A DNA stretch of 64,000 nt, taken from NCBI GenBank assembly GCA_951406725.2, contig OX597814.1:106144001-106208000 (forward strand), read 5' to 3'. The notes beneath the pieces were generated by a model. It was given only the letters and a program-made list of their open reading frames with translations, searched no databases and was not told the origin of the DNA. This stretch comes from Octopus vulgaris. Lineage: Eukaryota. The first letter of the stretch is position 1, and the number at the start of each line of letters is the position of its first letter. The position numbers and the translations under genes are program-made. This document shows, one piece after another, positions 27,078 to 40,440 of this stretch.

Positions 27078-28529
27078 GAAGAAGAAGAAGAAGAAGAAGA
27101 AGAAGAAGAAGAAGAAGAAGAAGAAGAAGAAAGAAGAAGAAGAAGAAGAAGAAGAAGAAGAAGAAGAAGAAGAAGAGAAGAAGAAGAAGAAGAAGAAGAA
27201 GAAGAAGAAGAGAAGAAGAAGAAGAAGAAGAAGAAGAAGAAGAAGAAGAAAGAAGAAGAAGAAGAAGAAGAAGAAGAAGAAGAAGAAGAAGAAGAAGAAG
27301 AAGAAGAAGAAGAAGAAGAAGAAGAAGAAGAAGAACGACAACAAAATATAGAAGATCGATGGGGAGGAAAATAAAGCTAACGTAGAAGATGAGAAAATAT
27401 AATCACAATCCGTAATTATATCGTAAATGATCCAGTGTAATATATTGACCAGTTTCAGAACAACAACTCTCTTCACACTTTTATCTATTATAACCACCTG
27501 GAACCACAATCATCCTGCCATCTACTTATCACAATAGATTCATACAGACAGGAATAACACAAAACAGTTTCACACCTTTAAAAGCTCAGTAGAGATGCTC
27601 CCACCGAGGGACATAATGGCAATTCGTACTATCATCTTAATCCTTTACATAAATATTTACGATCCAACAAGAGAGCCACTAGGTTTTTAGACATGCTAGA
27701 AACAGTAGCTAAATTTTTTATCAAATCAAACACTTCTATCTTACAAAATGGACGTTCATAATGGATAATACAATATTCTGAACGAAACAATGGCTAATAG
27801 CAACAGGAACACGTTCCACCATGTTTCTTGAAATAGTCCTGATAGGAATAGCAAATCTTTTTTTCTTCTTTATAATTTCTAAGAATCTGGCATCTCTAAG
27901 TATTATTCGATATTATTCTACAATCCACACCGCAGACCTGCCGTGAAAACAGATTGTTTACGTCAGGAACTCTGTGTCAGCCAGCAACCCATGTATTTCT
28001 TCAGACACTTTTATGTTAAGAACAATTTCTCAATCACCAATTTCTTTCATTTACTAAACATGTTGCCTTTTAGAAGAGACGTGAACGTCGCATCGTTCCA
28101 TTCCTTCCTTCTTTTAAAATACACAACCTTTAAATGTGGCTAAAAATAACAAAATTCAACAAAATAAACTCCATAAATATCCAACGAACAAGTCAAAGTA
28201 TTCACTCTCTGAATAATTTAGTCACATTTCGATTGTAACCTGACAAGATTATTAATAGAAGAAGACTAACGCCTTATCAGCCAGTCAGAAACTCCATTTA
28301 TAATATAAATAAATAATATTGAGAAACATTTACAAGAATTCTTACAAATGCCACGAATGCAGTAAGCATGTTGTTGACATTGTTGCACACGTCTAACACT
28401 TATAAACGCGCGCGCGCGAGGTTTTGTTTCTTTCTTCTTGCTTTGCTTATGTTTTCGCCTTGTTTGTGATGACGGCGGTGATGACAATAAGAATACGTTC
28501 TCTTCATTTTGGAATCCGTTAGCATTTTC

Positions 28530-28745
28530 TGTCTTTAACTTACTTCACTCATTAGATCGCAGCCGTGCTGGGGCACCGCCTTAGAGAATTTACAGTCAGA
28601 CGAATTGAACACGGTACTTACCTTCTTATGACTGGCACTTACTCTATCGGTCTCTTTAACCGATCCGTTAAGTTTCATGGACGTAAACACACCAACACCG
28701 GTGGTCAAGTGGTGGTAGGCGGCAAACATGCACACACACGCACAA
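28530..28745 (-). mobile_element. Family B SINE right arm
   Basis: gccgtgctggggcaccgcctt ... ggacgtaaacacaccaacaccgg matches family B. Confidence 0.8.
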
Positions 28746-28813
<68 letters not shown>

Positions 28814-28825
28814 TATATAGAAGGA

Positions 28826-28896
28826 GCTTCTACAGGACTAGAACTGTTTCATTCAAGAGAAATCTTCAGGAAGCCTTGGCTTCCTGAAGATTTCTC
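28826..28896 (-). ncRNA. Hammerhead-like motif plus a perfect 19-bp palindrome
   Basis: Minus: gcttc-CTGAAGA-tttctcttgaat-GAAAC-agttcta-GTC-ctgta-gaagc; gagaaatcttcaggaagcc-tt-ggcttcctgaagatttctc at 28857-28896. Confidence 0.5.
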
Positions 28897-28904
28897 AAGT
28901 AAGT

Positions 28905-31200
28905 TTACATAGACAGCTCTATTATGTTGTGATCCGAAACTGATGTCGATGTCACTTTCACATCATGAATGAAGTCCATATTGTTCGTGAAGCAGAAATC
29001 CAGAATGTTATTCGCCCTAGTTGCCTTGAGTACAACTTGCTCCATGAATAAGGCATTGGTGAGGTTGAGCAGGGACTCCACCTGTACTTGCTTGCAATGA
29101 TTCATTCCTGAGAGTATGTGACCTTCGGGCCATTTGACGTTGGGGAAGTTGAAATCACCCATAAGAAATATGGTCACGTGGTGTTCCAGATTCATGAGGA
29201 TTTCTTTAATTCTTGTGAGGCAATCTTCAAACTTGCCTATGTGATTTGGGGCATCCGGTGGGCAATATGTATTGTATATGACTATATTATGTTGTCTTAT
29301 GTATACAATTAAGGTGTCACATACCGATATTGAGTATGTTATCAAGACCTGGGGTGTAAGGTCATACACCATGGCTCCTTTCTCTTCTGTCTGTTCGCAG
29401 TATGGCATAGTTTGGTATATGTACTTCTGCGTCCTCTATATCAGGGTTGAGGTGAGTTTCCACAAGTGCTATGCAAAGGGCTTGATTGCATGCAGTAAGA
29501 TCTCTCAGGAAAGAAATTTTGTTTATATTTTGATGCAACAGACCCCCAATATTTAGTAAAAGTATTGGGGTGACGGCTGTGCAAGCGTTAGGGGAGGCCA
29601 TCCCGTGTCTGTTGACTGTGGTGGTCTTGCATATTGGTGGGCAGGGTTCCTTCTCTGTGCTTGGTGTAGCCAGGTTAGCTGCCGGACAATTCTTTCCGCC
29701 ATGCATAAAAAAGACTCTTGCTCAGCTGCTGCGTTGCGCAGAACATCTGAGAAGCGCACTTCGTTTTTGAAAGTTTTCCTGGGAGACATTTCTTGTGTTC
29801 CCTCGGTAAAGTTGTTCTCTTTGAGTCCCCTGAAGTTCTGGCAGTTTTTGCCGTCCTACCATGCCAACATTTGCCCCGCAGGTAGAACTTACAGGTTCTT
29901 CGGTGCCTTCCAGATTTCTTCTTTCCTGAAGTGTACTGGGTGGCATTGGATACTCCATGGGGTTCTCTGCTGTTTGTGTGGTGGGTTGGGGTTTCAACTT
30001 TGGTTGTTTTGCCTTTTCCTCCTTTTCCCTCCATATTTTTGTTTTCGGTCCTTCCTTTTTTCTTCTGTTTTTCTAATTTTTCTAATTTTTAATTTCTTCG
30101 TAGGATCACTGGTACAGGGGGGCTTCCGGTTTCTGCTCCCTTGGATCCCCTATCCTTCACTACTTGGTCGTTCACCGGGGTAGGTGATCCATTTTCCCGA
30201 GGAACCACTGGATCACAGAGACTTCCGGCTTCCTTCTCTTTTTCGTCCTCTTCATCCTCATCAGCTTTGCCACAATAATTTTCAATTATGTTGTCCAGTG
30301 TTTTGATGTGTGGTCTTATAAGACCGGATAAACTCATTTTTCTTCCGCTCTATCTGGTCAATGGTTCTATGAAAACCATTGTTTTTTAGCGCGGCAGTGA
30401 TGATGTTGTTCGGCGGATCGCCACTAGCAATCGTCCATGCTCTCAGCAGAAGATTTAACTCTTTCTTTTCCCACTTTGGTGCCAACTTCGTTTTGAGGTC
30501 CGGAGGGGGAGTAGAGGCTAGAGAGGTAATGAGGGATAGAGAGAGGTAGAGACGGAGAAACACAGAGGGGGGGACATAGGGAAAGAGAGAGGGAAATAGG
30601 AAGGAAAGAGAGAAGTGCTATGAAAGAAATCGAGAGGGTGATAGGAGGAAAGCAAGGGGGTGTGGTGTGTTAAAAAGATAGAGGAAGGTAGGGGAGGGGG
30701 AGAGGAAGGGAATAGAAGGAGAGACCGAGTGAAGGAGAAGAGGGGAAGAGAAAGAGAGGCAGAGTGAAGGAGAGGAGGGGAAGAGAAAGAGAAACAGAGG
30801 GGAGGAGAGGATAGCAAGAGAAAGAGAGACAGAGAGAAGGAGAGACAGGATGAAGGATATGAGAGAGAGGGAGAGACGGAGTGAGAAGAATGGGAGGATG
30901 AGAAGTATATGAGAGAGAGGGTGAGGTGACGAGAGGAGAGGTAGATGTAAGAGGGAAAGGAAAGAGAAATGAGAGAAGAGAAGGATATAAAAGGGAGGAG
31001 GGGAGATGAGAGATAGAGTAAGATATGTAAGCTTAGAGATGTAAGCTTAAAAATTTGATAAACAAACAACCGTAACTGAGATGTTAGCCTAAAAAATTTA
31101 ATAAACAAGCAATCGAAACTGAGATGTTAGCTTAAAAAATTAATAAACAACAATTGTAACTGAGATGTTAGCTTAAAAAATTAATAAACAAACAATTGCA
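28905..31200 (-). mobile_element. CR1/L2-like LINE 5' half: 5' UTR, ORF1 and APE endonuclease (frameshifted, RT missing)
   Basis: APE motifs LLNIGGL, IALVETHL, RTDR, YCPP, MGDFNFP, TRANNILDFCFTN, SDHN at 28905-29560; ORF1 pieces at 29675-30490; pyrimidine-rich leader on the sense strand. Confidence 0.85.
31034..31197. repeat. ~43-bp tandem repeat, about 4 copies
   Basis: Unit aactgagatgttagcttaaaaaattaataaacaaacaattgt. Confidence 0.85.
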
Positions 31201-31527
31201 TGCGATACTTATCTTGAAAGGTACAGTCCAAACCCTCGTGCTTGTACGAAGAAGTTTTCTTTCACAACAGAAAGACTTGCCACCATGTGCTTTTCGGCGA
31301 AGATTCTAGCATGCGTAACCAAATTTACTGTATTATATTTGGCTTCAAGCGAAATATATTACGTGTATAATTAATATATTTTCAATTAATGTATTTTAGT
31401 AGACTTTATGAGTTAACAAGTTCTACTTTTTGTTACTTTTAGTAGAATATTTCGTCGAATTATGCAAACCTTTCTGTTTTTTCACAGAGCAAAAGCAAAC
31501 ACGTCTTTCCTCTACGAAAACCGGAAG

Positions 31528-31560
<33 letters not shown>

Positions 31561-31564
<4 letters not shown>

Positions 31565-31750
31565 TAATCCAAACAAGAAAGCACAAAAAAAACACAACAA
31601 CGCGAGGACGTGGGACAATTATAGTATTATTGGAAGCTCAGGAAAGAAGGAAAGAAGGAGGGTTTAACGTTTCGAGCGGAGCTCTTCGTTGGAAACATAG
31701 GAGAAGGAAAGATCCAGAGAAGGGAAGACAGAGGAAAAAAAATCGAGGTC
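31561..31750 (-). mobile_element. Family E short PLE-derived repeat with a degenerate hammerhead (31662-31696)
   Basis: Minus: gttt-CCAACGA-a-gagc-tcc-gctc-GAA-ACGT-T-aaac; related to 33316-33422, 35938-36060 and 48731-48966. Confidence 0.65.
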
Positions 31751-31810
31751 ACATTTTGAAAAATATATGTATATGTGTATGTATGTTAATGGACTAGGCG
31801 GAGCAGAATC

Positions 31811-31901
<91 letters not shown>

Positions 31902-31904
31902 ATA

Positions 31905-31940
<36 letters not shown>

Positions 31941-32069
31941 TGTATGTATATATATATATATATATATATTAAATTGATTTGCATAAAATGGTCAACAAGA
32001 AGAGTATACCATCTCATGAGAGACCAATATCAATGCATGCGTTTCACTGCATATATATTACACCATAGT

Positions 32070-32466
32070 GCATCAGATGTTGCTTTGTAGTAAGTAGCTT
32101 GCTTACCAACCACGTGGTTCCGGGTTCAGTCCCACTGCGTGGCACCTTGGTCAAGTGCTTTGTACAATAGCCTCGAGCTGATCAAAGCCTTGTGAGTGGA
32201 TTTGGCAGACGGAAACTGAAAAAATCCCGTCGTATATACATATATATATGTGTGTGTGTGTGTTTGTGTATCTATGTTTGTTCCCTCAGCATCGCTTGAC
32301 AACCGATGGTGGTGTGTTTACGTCCCCGTAACTAAGCAGTTCGGCAAAAAAGGACCGATAGAATAAGTAGTAGGTTTACAAAAAATAAATCCTGGGGCCC
32401 ATTTGCTCGACTAAAAGCAGTGCTCCAACATGGCCGCGGCCAAATGACTGAAACAAATTAAAGAAA
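32070..32466 (+). mobile_element. Family B SINE, full-length
   Basis: Head, CORE-like segment, internal microsatellite and right arm all present. Confidence 0.9.
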
Positions 32467-32487
32467 ATATATACATATACACATACA

Positions 32488-32652
32488 TGGTGGGCTTTTT
32501 CCGGTTTCCACCAACCAAATCCACTAACAAGGCTCTGACCCGCCCAAGGCTATAGTTGAAGACACTTATCCAAGGTGCCATATAGTCGCGTTGAACCTAG
32601 AACCATGTGATTGGAAAGCAAACTTTTTACCACACAGTCACGCCTGCACCTG
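32488..32652 (-). mobile_element. Family B SINE left arm (tail-to-tail with the previous copy)
   Basis: Reverse complement of the family B head/CORE. Confidence 0.8.
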
Positions 32653-33315
32653 TTTGTTTACCTATCTACTTATACCATTCTATTTATCCCCCAGAATTCA
32701 CCCCTCTATCTAATTACTAAATCCCCTAATCTTTTCTCTTTATCATTTCTTTAATCCCAATGTTCCTAATATTGTACCATTCTTCACCTCCATTAGATCT
32801 CCGTAATCCACCAACTTACTGGACCCTCCTATTCGATGACATTGTCCCTTACAATCCAAACCATTATTTCATACAAGAATATTTAAGAAATGGGATCCTT
32901 TACTCAGATGCTTTCAGCCGAATTCTTCAAGAGATGCAAAGGTCAACAATGGTTACACTCTGACTTATGTATTGAGTACTTTCCATTCAATTTTGGCTCC
33001 TTCTACTTTCAACAGAAGAATATTAACAGAACCATATACACACCTATGTATCTATATTTGTATGTATACATATATATATATGTATATAGATATATGTATA
33101 TGTGTGTGTGTATGTTTGTTTGTGTTTGTGTTTGTGTATGTGTGTGTATGTATGTATGTGTATGTGTGTGTGTGTGTGTGTGTAAAAGCATACATACATA
33201 CATACATACTCATATATAAATATAGATGTGTGTGTGTATGTAAATTTAGTAAAATAAATTCAATATATACATCTACATGTACGTATAAATATCTGCATCT
33301 ATATATATATATAGA

Positions 33316-33420
33316 GAGAGCTTTGCTCGAAACGTAAAATCATCTTTCTTTCCTTCCCTGAACGTCTGCTAATACTTTCCATGTACCGCGTTCTCGCGTT
33401 GTTTTTTTTTTCTTTATTTA

Positions 33421-33422
<2 letters not shown>
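33316..33422 (+). mobile_element. Family E fragment with the 3' half of a hammerhead
   Basis: gagc-ttt-gctc-GAAAC-GTA followed by family E downstream sequence. Confidence 0.55.
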
Positions 33423-33492
<70 letters not shown>

Positions 33493-33496
33493 AGAC

Positions 33497-33531
<35 letters not shown>

Positions 33532-34060
33532 GACAGGGACAGATACATATATTACTGTATGTATGCATACATTCATAATTATTTACGACGCAATATATGT
33601 CTCTCTATATGTGTTATAGTGTCAAAGTCTAACACATATCTCCAAACGTGATGAACTTTCGAGAAATATGTTTGTTTGACGGCTCCGAAATATATTGTAC
33701 AATGAAGAAGACTTCTATCAGAAAAGCAGGTGATCTATTGTTATGAAAGTATCTCTGCAAAATAGGTCAGCTTTTTCAGTCAGCCTGAAAATGTCTTTGA
33801 GGAAATAAGCAGGAAACGAAGACTAATTGAAAAGCGTTGGTGTGTCATGCAGCGCCACAGTCTGTGTGGACGCACAACACAAAACGGCTTTTGTTTTCGT
33901 TAATCATGTCTTACAAAGCTGTCTTTAATTTGTTTAACATGTATCTGTGTATCATTGCGCACTCGCACACACATACCTCCTGCCTGTTTATGTATGAATA
34001 TATATATCTCTCTCTTTTCCTTTCATTTCATCGGTATGTATGTATATATATATATGTGTG

Positions 34061-34098
<38 letters not shown>

Positions 34099-34666
34099 TG
34101 TATGTATGAATGCATGTATGTTTGTATATGTATACGTATGCACACAGGCACTAAAAACTCAGTCGAAGAAAGACATTGGCATTTGTTATTCTTAATGCCA
34201 CTCAGATAATTCCATTCCTTAAACTTGTCAACAGAATTAAAGAGAAATCAGGCTCAGAACAATAGCTTTCACGTAATATCTCCGCACCTACGTTCTTACA
34301 GACGGTTCCACCGATTTCTGAAAACGTGTTAAAATATTTGGACAATTCTGAGAAGTTCTGAAATGTCTTTCATCTTTTCACCATCTTTGAATACAAAGAT
34401 CGGTTGACAATGTGTGAAGCTATTAATAATACTTCCCCTCCAAGTTATTCCTCGGTGCCATCAATGTCACGTGATTTGTGTCACCTGGATAGAGCCACTC
34501 GATGTATATGGAGTAAATGTCAAATTCACTAAGTCAGTCACCTGTGACTGACTTAGTTCATACCAGTTTTTGCAACAGTCACTTCTAACTCCGTTCTTGA
34601 GCCATGTTACATTCACTCAGTCCCTCTAGACCTCCACAGCTTTATGTCACATTAATTCGTAAAGAT

Positions 34667-34838
<172 letters not shown>

Positions 34839-35182
34839 AGGTGTGATTGTGACATAGTTACCATTACATATAAGTGTGTGAGTGAATGGCAGTGTGTTAG
34901 AGAGAGAATGGAGATTTGTTTCGACATTATTAATACATAGCATAATAGAAATATATGTGCGAAAACTGTTTTCAGACTAACTCAAAGTTTGACCTGAATG
35001 ATATTGGCAGATGAATCACAATAAAATTCAATCAAAATCAAGTTTTATTTTTATTCAGCAAGTTTCGTTTCGCCTAGATTTGCTGTTACCAGATGTTATA
35101 GTTATACGGGGTAAAAGTACACATACACACATACATTCATACACTCATACACACAGATTCATACATATATACATATATACAT

Positions 35183-35273
<91 letters not shown>

Positions 35274-35831
35274 CGTGTGTATAGATATATCAAAAATTTA
35301 ACAAAAAAACATAAGAAACTGAAAATTTTACAAAAGTATAACAAACAGAAAATTCGCAGCTTATTTCTTATCAGTCAATGTCCAAAGATCATCACAATTT
35401 CGTATCTTTAATTACATGCGGATACACACACACACACACATTGCAGTGGAGACTCTGGCACCTGGGCTGTTCGGGTTTAGTCCGAATATAAATTTAGTAA
35501 AGTGAACGTATATTTGCAAGCTGATTGAATTTCTGCCAACACTGACCTCAAGTGTGTAATTTCAGCCAATAACCCAGGTTCGTTTTATTGAACCCGGTCG
35601 CAGTTCATTTATTTTCTTTCAACCTCTGGTGGTCGTCTTAGAAGTACCCTGCATCCAAAAATATCATTCGTAGCAGACGTTCTCTCGACATCACTCACAC
35701 GCGCCTGACTCCGGTTCAGAAGTTACAGCTCAATAAAATTATAAAAATTTTAAATAATTCAAATTTAATGTTTTCTTGAAACAATAAATTTCTATAGAGA
35801 TTAGGATTTAAATTCCAATCTATGGAGTTGC

Positions 35832-35920
<89 letters not shown>

Positions 35921-35937
35921 TTGGATTTTTATATATA

Positions 35938-36060
35938 TGTGGAAGAGCGTAAGCTCGTAACTTAAAAGACATTTAATTCCTGAGCGTTATACTAGTACAT
36001 CTGTTTGTTTTCTACACCACCTGTATTCGTCTTTTGTTTTTTTCGTAAATTCTCCCCATA
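35938..36060 (+). mobile_element. Family E fragment with a decayed hammerhead
   Basis: gaagagcgtaagctcgtaacttaaaagac...ttcctgagcg...ccacctgtattcgtcttttg is homologous to the reverse complement of 48790-48895. Confidence 0.6.
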
Positions 36061-36087
36061 TATATATATATATATATCCCTGTATCG

Positions 36088-36154
<67 letters not shown>

Positions 36155-37136
36155 ATGAGAGATAAATAAGTAGATAGTCATAAAGATAGTTAGATTGATA
36201 AAATAAATAAATAGATGTACAGGTATAGATACATGAGCGTGAACACATGTATGTATGTGTGTATGCAGGCATGCACGTGCGTGTATGAACGCGTAGGTGT
36301 GTAGATGCTGCGATTTTTCTGTGTTTGCGCGTGTGTATACAATCCTCATGTACCAGTAAATAAAGCTGGCCAGAGATAATAATATATTCAAAGCCGTCAA
36401 TACGTACGCCGTATGCAGAGAGGGCAGCGAATGTAGCGATAGTGGTTTATGATAATGTTACCAAATGGCTGATATTAAACATCATTTATTAGGAATAAAC
36501 CAACTTAATGTTCTCTTAGCAAGAAAGCGTGACACGGGGCTAAGGAAGAGAAAATAATATGAGAAGTAATAAATATGAAATATTCCTGTTCCATAATAGA
36601 ATGGATCACACGATAATTCAAACAAAAAAATACTTCGTTCAACGAATAAAGCTAGGCCCGGCACCGAATATTGTTATTTACTAACGTTACTGCAGAAAAA
36701 AAATGCGATTCGCAAACAATGCTATATTGTGGAAAGAGAAATTGTTAGAAAAATAAAAAACCCTTTGACGAAATATTCTGTCAGAATTATCATGAAAAAA
36801 AAGACAACGTTCGTTTTACTGAATGACAGAAGCTGATACCATTGATGTATTTACGATAGAATAAGAAATATTAAAAAAAGAAACGCAGAGAGAGAAACAA
36901 AAAGCCTAATAACAATAATCGAACAGACACACAGACACACGCATCCTCAATATCCCTCCCTCTCACTCCTCTCTCTCTCTCTCTCTTTCTCTCTGTATAT
37001 ATATATATACGCACATGCACACATATATATATCAAGAGAGAGAGAGAGAGGGAGGAAAGGAGAGAGAGCGATAGAGATAAATAGATAGATGGATAGATAT
37101 GTAGCTACATACATAGAAATATACATATATTCATTC

Positions 37137-37193
<57 letters not shown>

Positions 37194-37651
37194 TATATAT
37201 GCATGTATATGTGTGTGCGTGTGTGTGTGAGGTTGTGTGTGCGTCTGTGTATATGTCTGTGTGTGTGTGCGTGTGTGTGTGTGTGCGTGTACACCTAAGC
37301 ACATTATGTACTTCCGTACATAAATATCAATGCAGAGGCGGACCTGAATGTTGAAAATCTATTTATAGACAGCTATTCGCCACTCAACATGTATTCGTAA
37401 TTCAGAGCAACGACTATTATCTGAACGTCAGTAATTCTGCAAACGGAGGATTCTTGACAGGAACCAAAATATTTCGAGACACAAACTCAATAGCCGTATT
37501 GTACCCTGACCCTGGAGAATGTCCGAGTTGCTGTCTCTGTGTCGGAAACAAAAGTATATTCTGATGTACAGCATGTTCTATCGCTTTTGATGTGTTGGAG
37601 TTTTTTTAGAGAATATCTAATGGTTGCGAAAGCAATAAGATTATGATAACT

Positions 37652-37690
<39 letters not shown>

Positions 37691-37889
37691 AACCAATACA
37701 TTCTAATAGCCTTGAGATATGTATTTTCCAGTGATTTCTGACGAGAAAAGAACATCGTCTGCAACATTCTCTTTTGGATTTCATATCAAAGAGTCCCTTT
37801 AATACAAGCAGCTTCGCTTGGAATATAACACTTAGTTTCATTCTACAGTTTTACCAAATATGGGTTCAAAACGGGAGACCTGAAAGCAG

Positions 37890-38097
37890 ATTCCTTGTGC
37901 AAGTGCAGTCGATCGAAAACTCCGCATGGCAGAAGGCTTCGTGGGTCATTGCGTCCATCTTCACGTTTTGCCGAAGTCGACTTTGCTTTTCATCCTTTTG
38001 GTATCGATAAAATGAGTACCTGTCGAAAACTGGGGGCCAATATAATCGGCTTAACTTTTTCCCGAAATTGCTGGCCTTGTGTCAAAATTTGAAACCA
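37890..38097 (+). mobile_element. Diverged family A SINE
   Basis: gtcgactttgcttttcatccttttggtatcgataaaatgagtacc and tail ggccttgtgtcaaaatttgaaacc. Confidence 0.75.
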
Positions 38098-38289
38098 TTC
38101 TTAAATTTTGCTTATGTGTTCCAGTGCTTAACAGCAGTCTTTATTTCTTGCTTATTAATCTAGATTCACTGTATAAACATACACTTACACACACACATGC
38201 ACATACACACACACAAATACACACTCACATCACATGCACGTAAATGCACAACCGCAGACACGCAAATTCATACACACACGCAAATTCAT

Positions 38290-38321
<32 letters not shown>

Positions 38322-38340
38322 CCAGACATACACACACACA

Positions 38341-38397
<57 letters not shown>

Positions 38398-40311
38398 ATA
38401 TAATACGAGTGAACGAACGGACGGAAATAGCAGTTACTACATATAGTTAGTGTTGGATTTCTTGTCATAATTTCTCAAGTTACTCAAATTTTTGTGAACA
38501 TTAATCATACATAAATGTGTGTGTATGTGTGTGTATGTGTGTGTGTGTGTGTTTAATCGTATCATATAGTACCAATGTGTTGGTAAAAATAAAGACGATT
38601 AGTATTTTAAGCAAAACATTTTTGACTTTTCCGTGGAATCCAATATCTGTGGAGGATGTGACAATTTAGAGTTATACAGTTATAAGCATGGACGTTAAAA
38701 GGCTTACAGGAGAGGCAGTGAAAAAGGTCGACGACAAAATCTTCAAAGCTCAGCTGTTAATAAAGTTGGTAAAATACTGTATACCTTTGCGTGCCATAAG
38801 GAATTGTCAGTTGTGACGTTTCCTCCCAGACAGACCTTGTTATGGTGTGTTACATAAGAATTTAATTGGTTATAGAAAGCGGCAGCGTTATAAGACATAT
38901 TCCAATTATTTGTGCTGCTCAAAAATAGGAAGAATATATTACGCAGACACAGGGGCTACAAAACATCACCAAATACACATACACACACGCAAACACACAC
39001 ATACACACATACATACATATGTAAATTAGGGTGCAAATTAGCACATGCAATTGCTAGAAATGAGAGCTAAAATATCACTCGGACAGCTACACAAAATCAC
39101 CAACCACATGAGATATTCAGGGAATGCGAGCAGAAAGCCACAACGTTTTTCTTTGGCGAGTTAAACTCATTTGTTTCTCGTCAGGGGTTTATTTAACGCG
39201 GAGTAAATTGTAGGAATCCCTGATGAGAAACAAAACCATGTTAGTTAAATTTCGAAATCACGTGATAGGGTTTTATCAAGCTCCTTCATTCTGTGAGTTT
39301 ATCTTGCCGAAGAAAAAACGTTGTCGCTTGTTGCTCGAAGTCTCTGAACATCCCATGAGGTTGGTGATTTTGTGTGGCGATTCGAATTATATTTTTAGCT
39401 CTTATTTCTAGCAATGTCAGCTGTTATTTTGCAACCTTATATATAAATTTTGTCTTTTTGGTTTTAATTGCTATAGCCACCTAAATTATAATGTATTTAA
39501 TGTATGTTATTACATTAATATATTTATTATAATATCTCATTGTATTATATATTTATATATATATATTTATATATGAATATATATTTATAGATATTTATAT
39601 ATGTATATATATGTATGTATGTGTATGTGTATATATATATAAGTGGGTGGGGAGTATTTCTAGAGTATATATTGGAAGATATACATTTCGGTCTAGAAAC
39701 GAATATTTTTGGTGTAGTTTGGTAGAATAGAATCGGTGGTCGATTCAGAAATTGCAATTATATCAAAAAGCCGTGTTTTTGCCGAAGTTAACGGAGTAGA
39801 GAAGGATGAGAATGGCAAGGGAAATTGCAACGCCTGGAGTTTGGCCAGTAGGTTCCTTACGAAACTATCGCCTCTTTGTACGTGTCGACTTGACATTACA
39901 GGACAGGAAATATAATTGCCTGTAATGATGAAAGTAAGAAGATAAGGAAAACCAGAGCTGCAGACATATATATTTGTGACGGTGCATCTATGCATGTAAG
40001 AGTGAATATGTTTGTATATGTGTATGAGCGTGAGTGGTAGGCATGGTTGATGTAGATATGGGTGTGAGGGTGGCGAATTTGTGGGGATTGGGGGATGGGG
40101 TTGGTTGGAAAAACTAACAAAGAAAGAAAATGTAATTAGAATTGAGGAAAAGGGAGTCGGAGAAGTGCAAAGCTAAGAGGTGCAAAAAAGGAAGAAAAGA
40201 CAAGGAGGAGGAGGAGGAGGGGTGAGAGGCGAAGAAGAAAAAAGGGAGTAATTGAAGAAAAGTAGTGAAGAGGAGGGTAAAATGATTTTATGATACTATA
40301 AAAGACAAGAG

Positions 40312-40440
40312 GAAGAAGAAGAAGAAGAAGAAGAAGAAGAAGAAGAAGAAGAAGAAGAAGAAGAAGAAGAAGAAGAAGAAGAAGAAGAAGAAGAAGAAGA
40401 AGAAGAAGAAGAAGAAGAAGAAGAAGAAGAAGAAGAAGAA
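40312..40440. repeat. (GAA)n microsatellite
   Basis: Seen directly. Confidence 0.97.

Noticed and set aside
30518-31108. 196-aa Ser/Leu-rich ORF
   Set aside because: Translation of a low-complexity GA/CT-rich tract.
31034-31197. 43-bp repeats as a CRISPR or iteron candidate
   Set aside because: Simple tandem minisatellite without spacers at a LINE 5' region.
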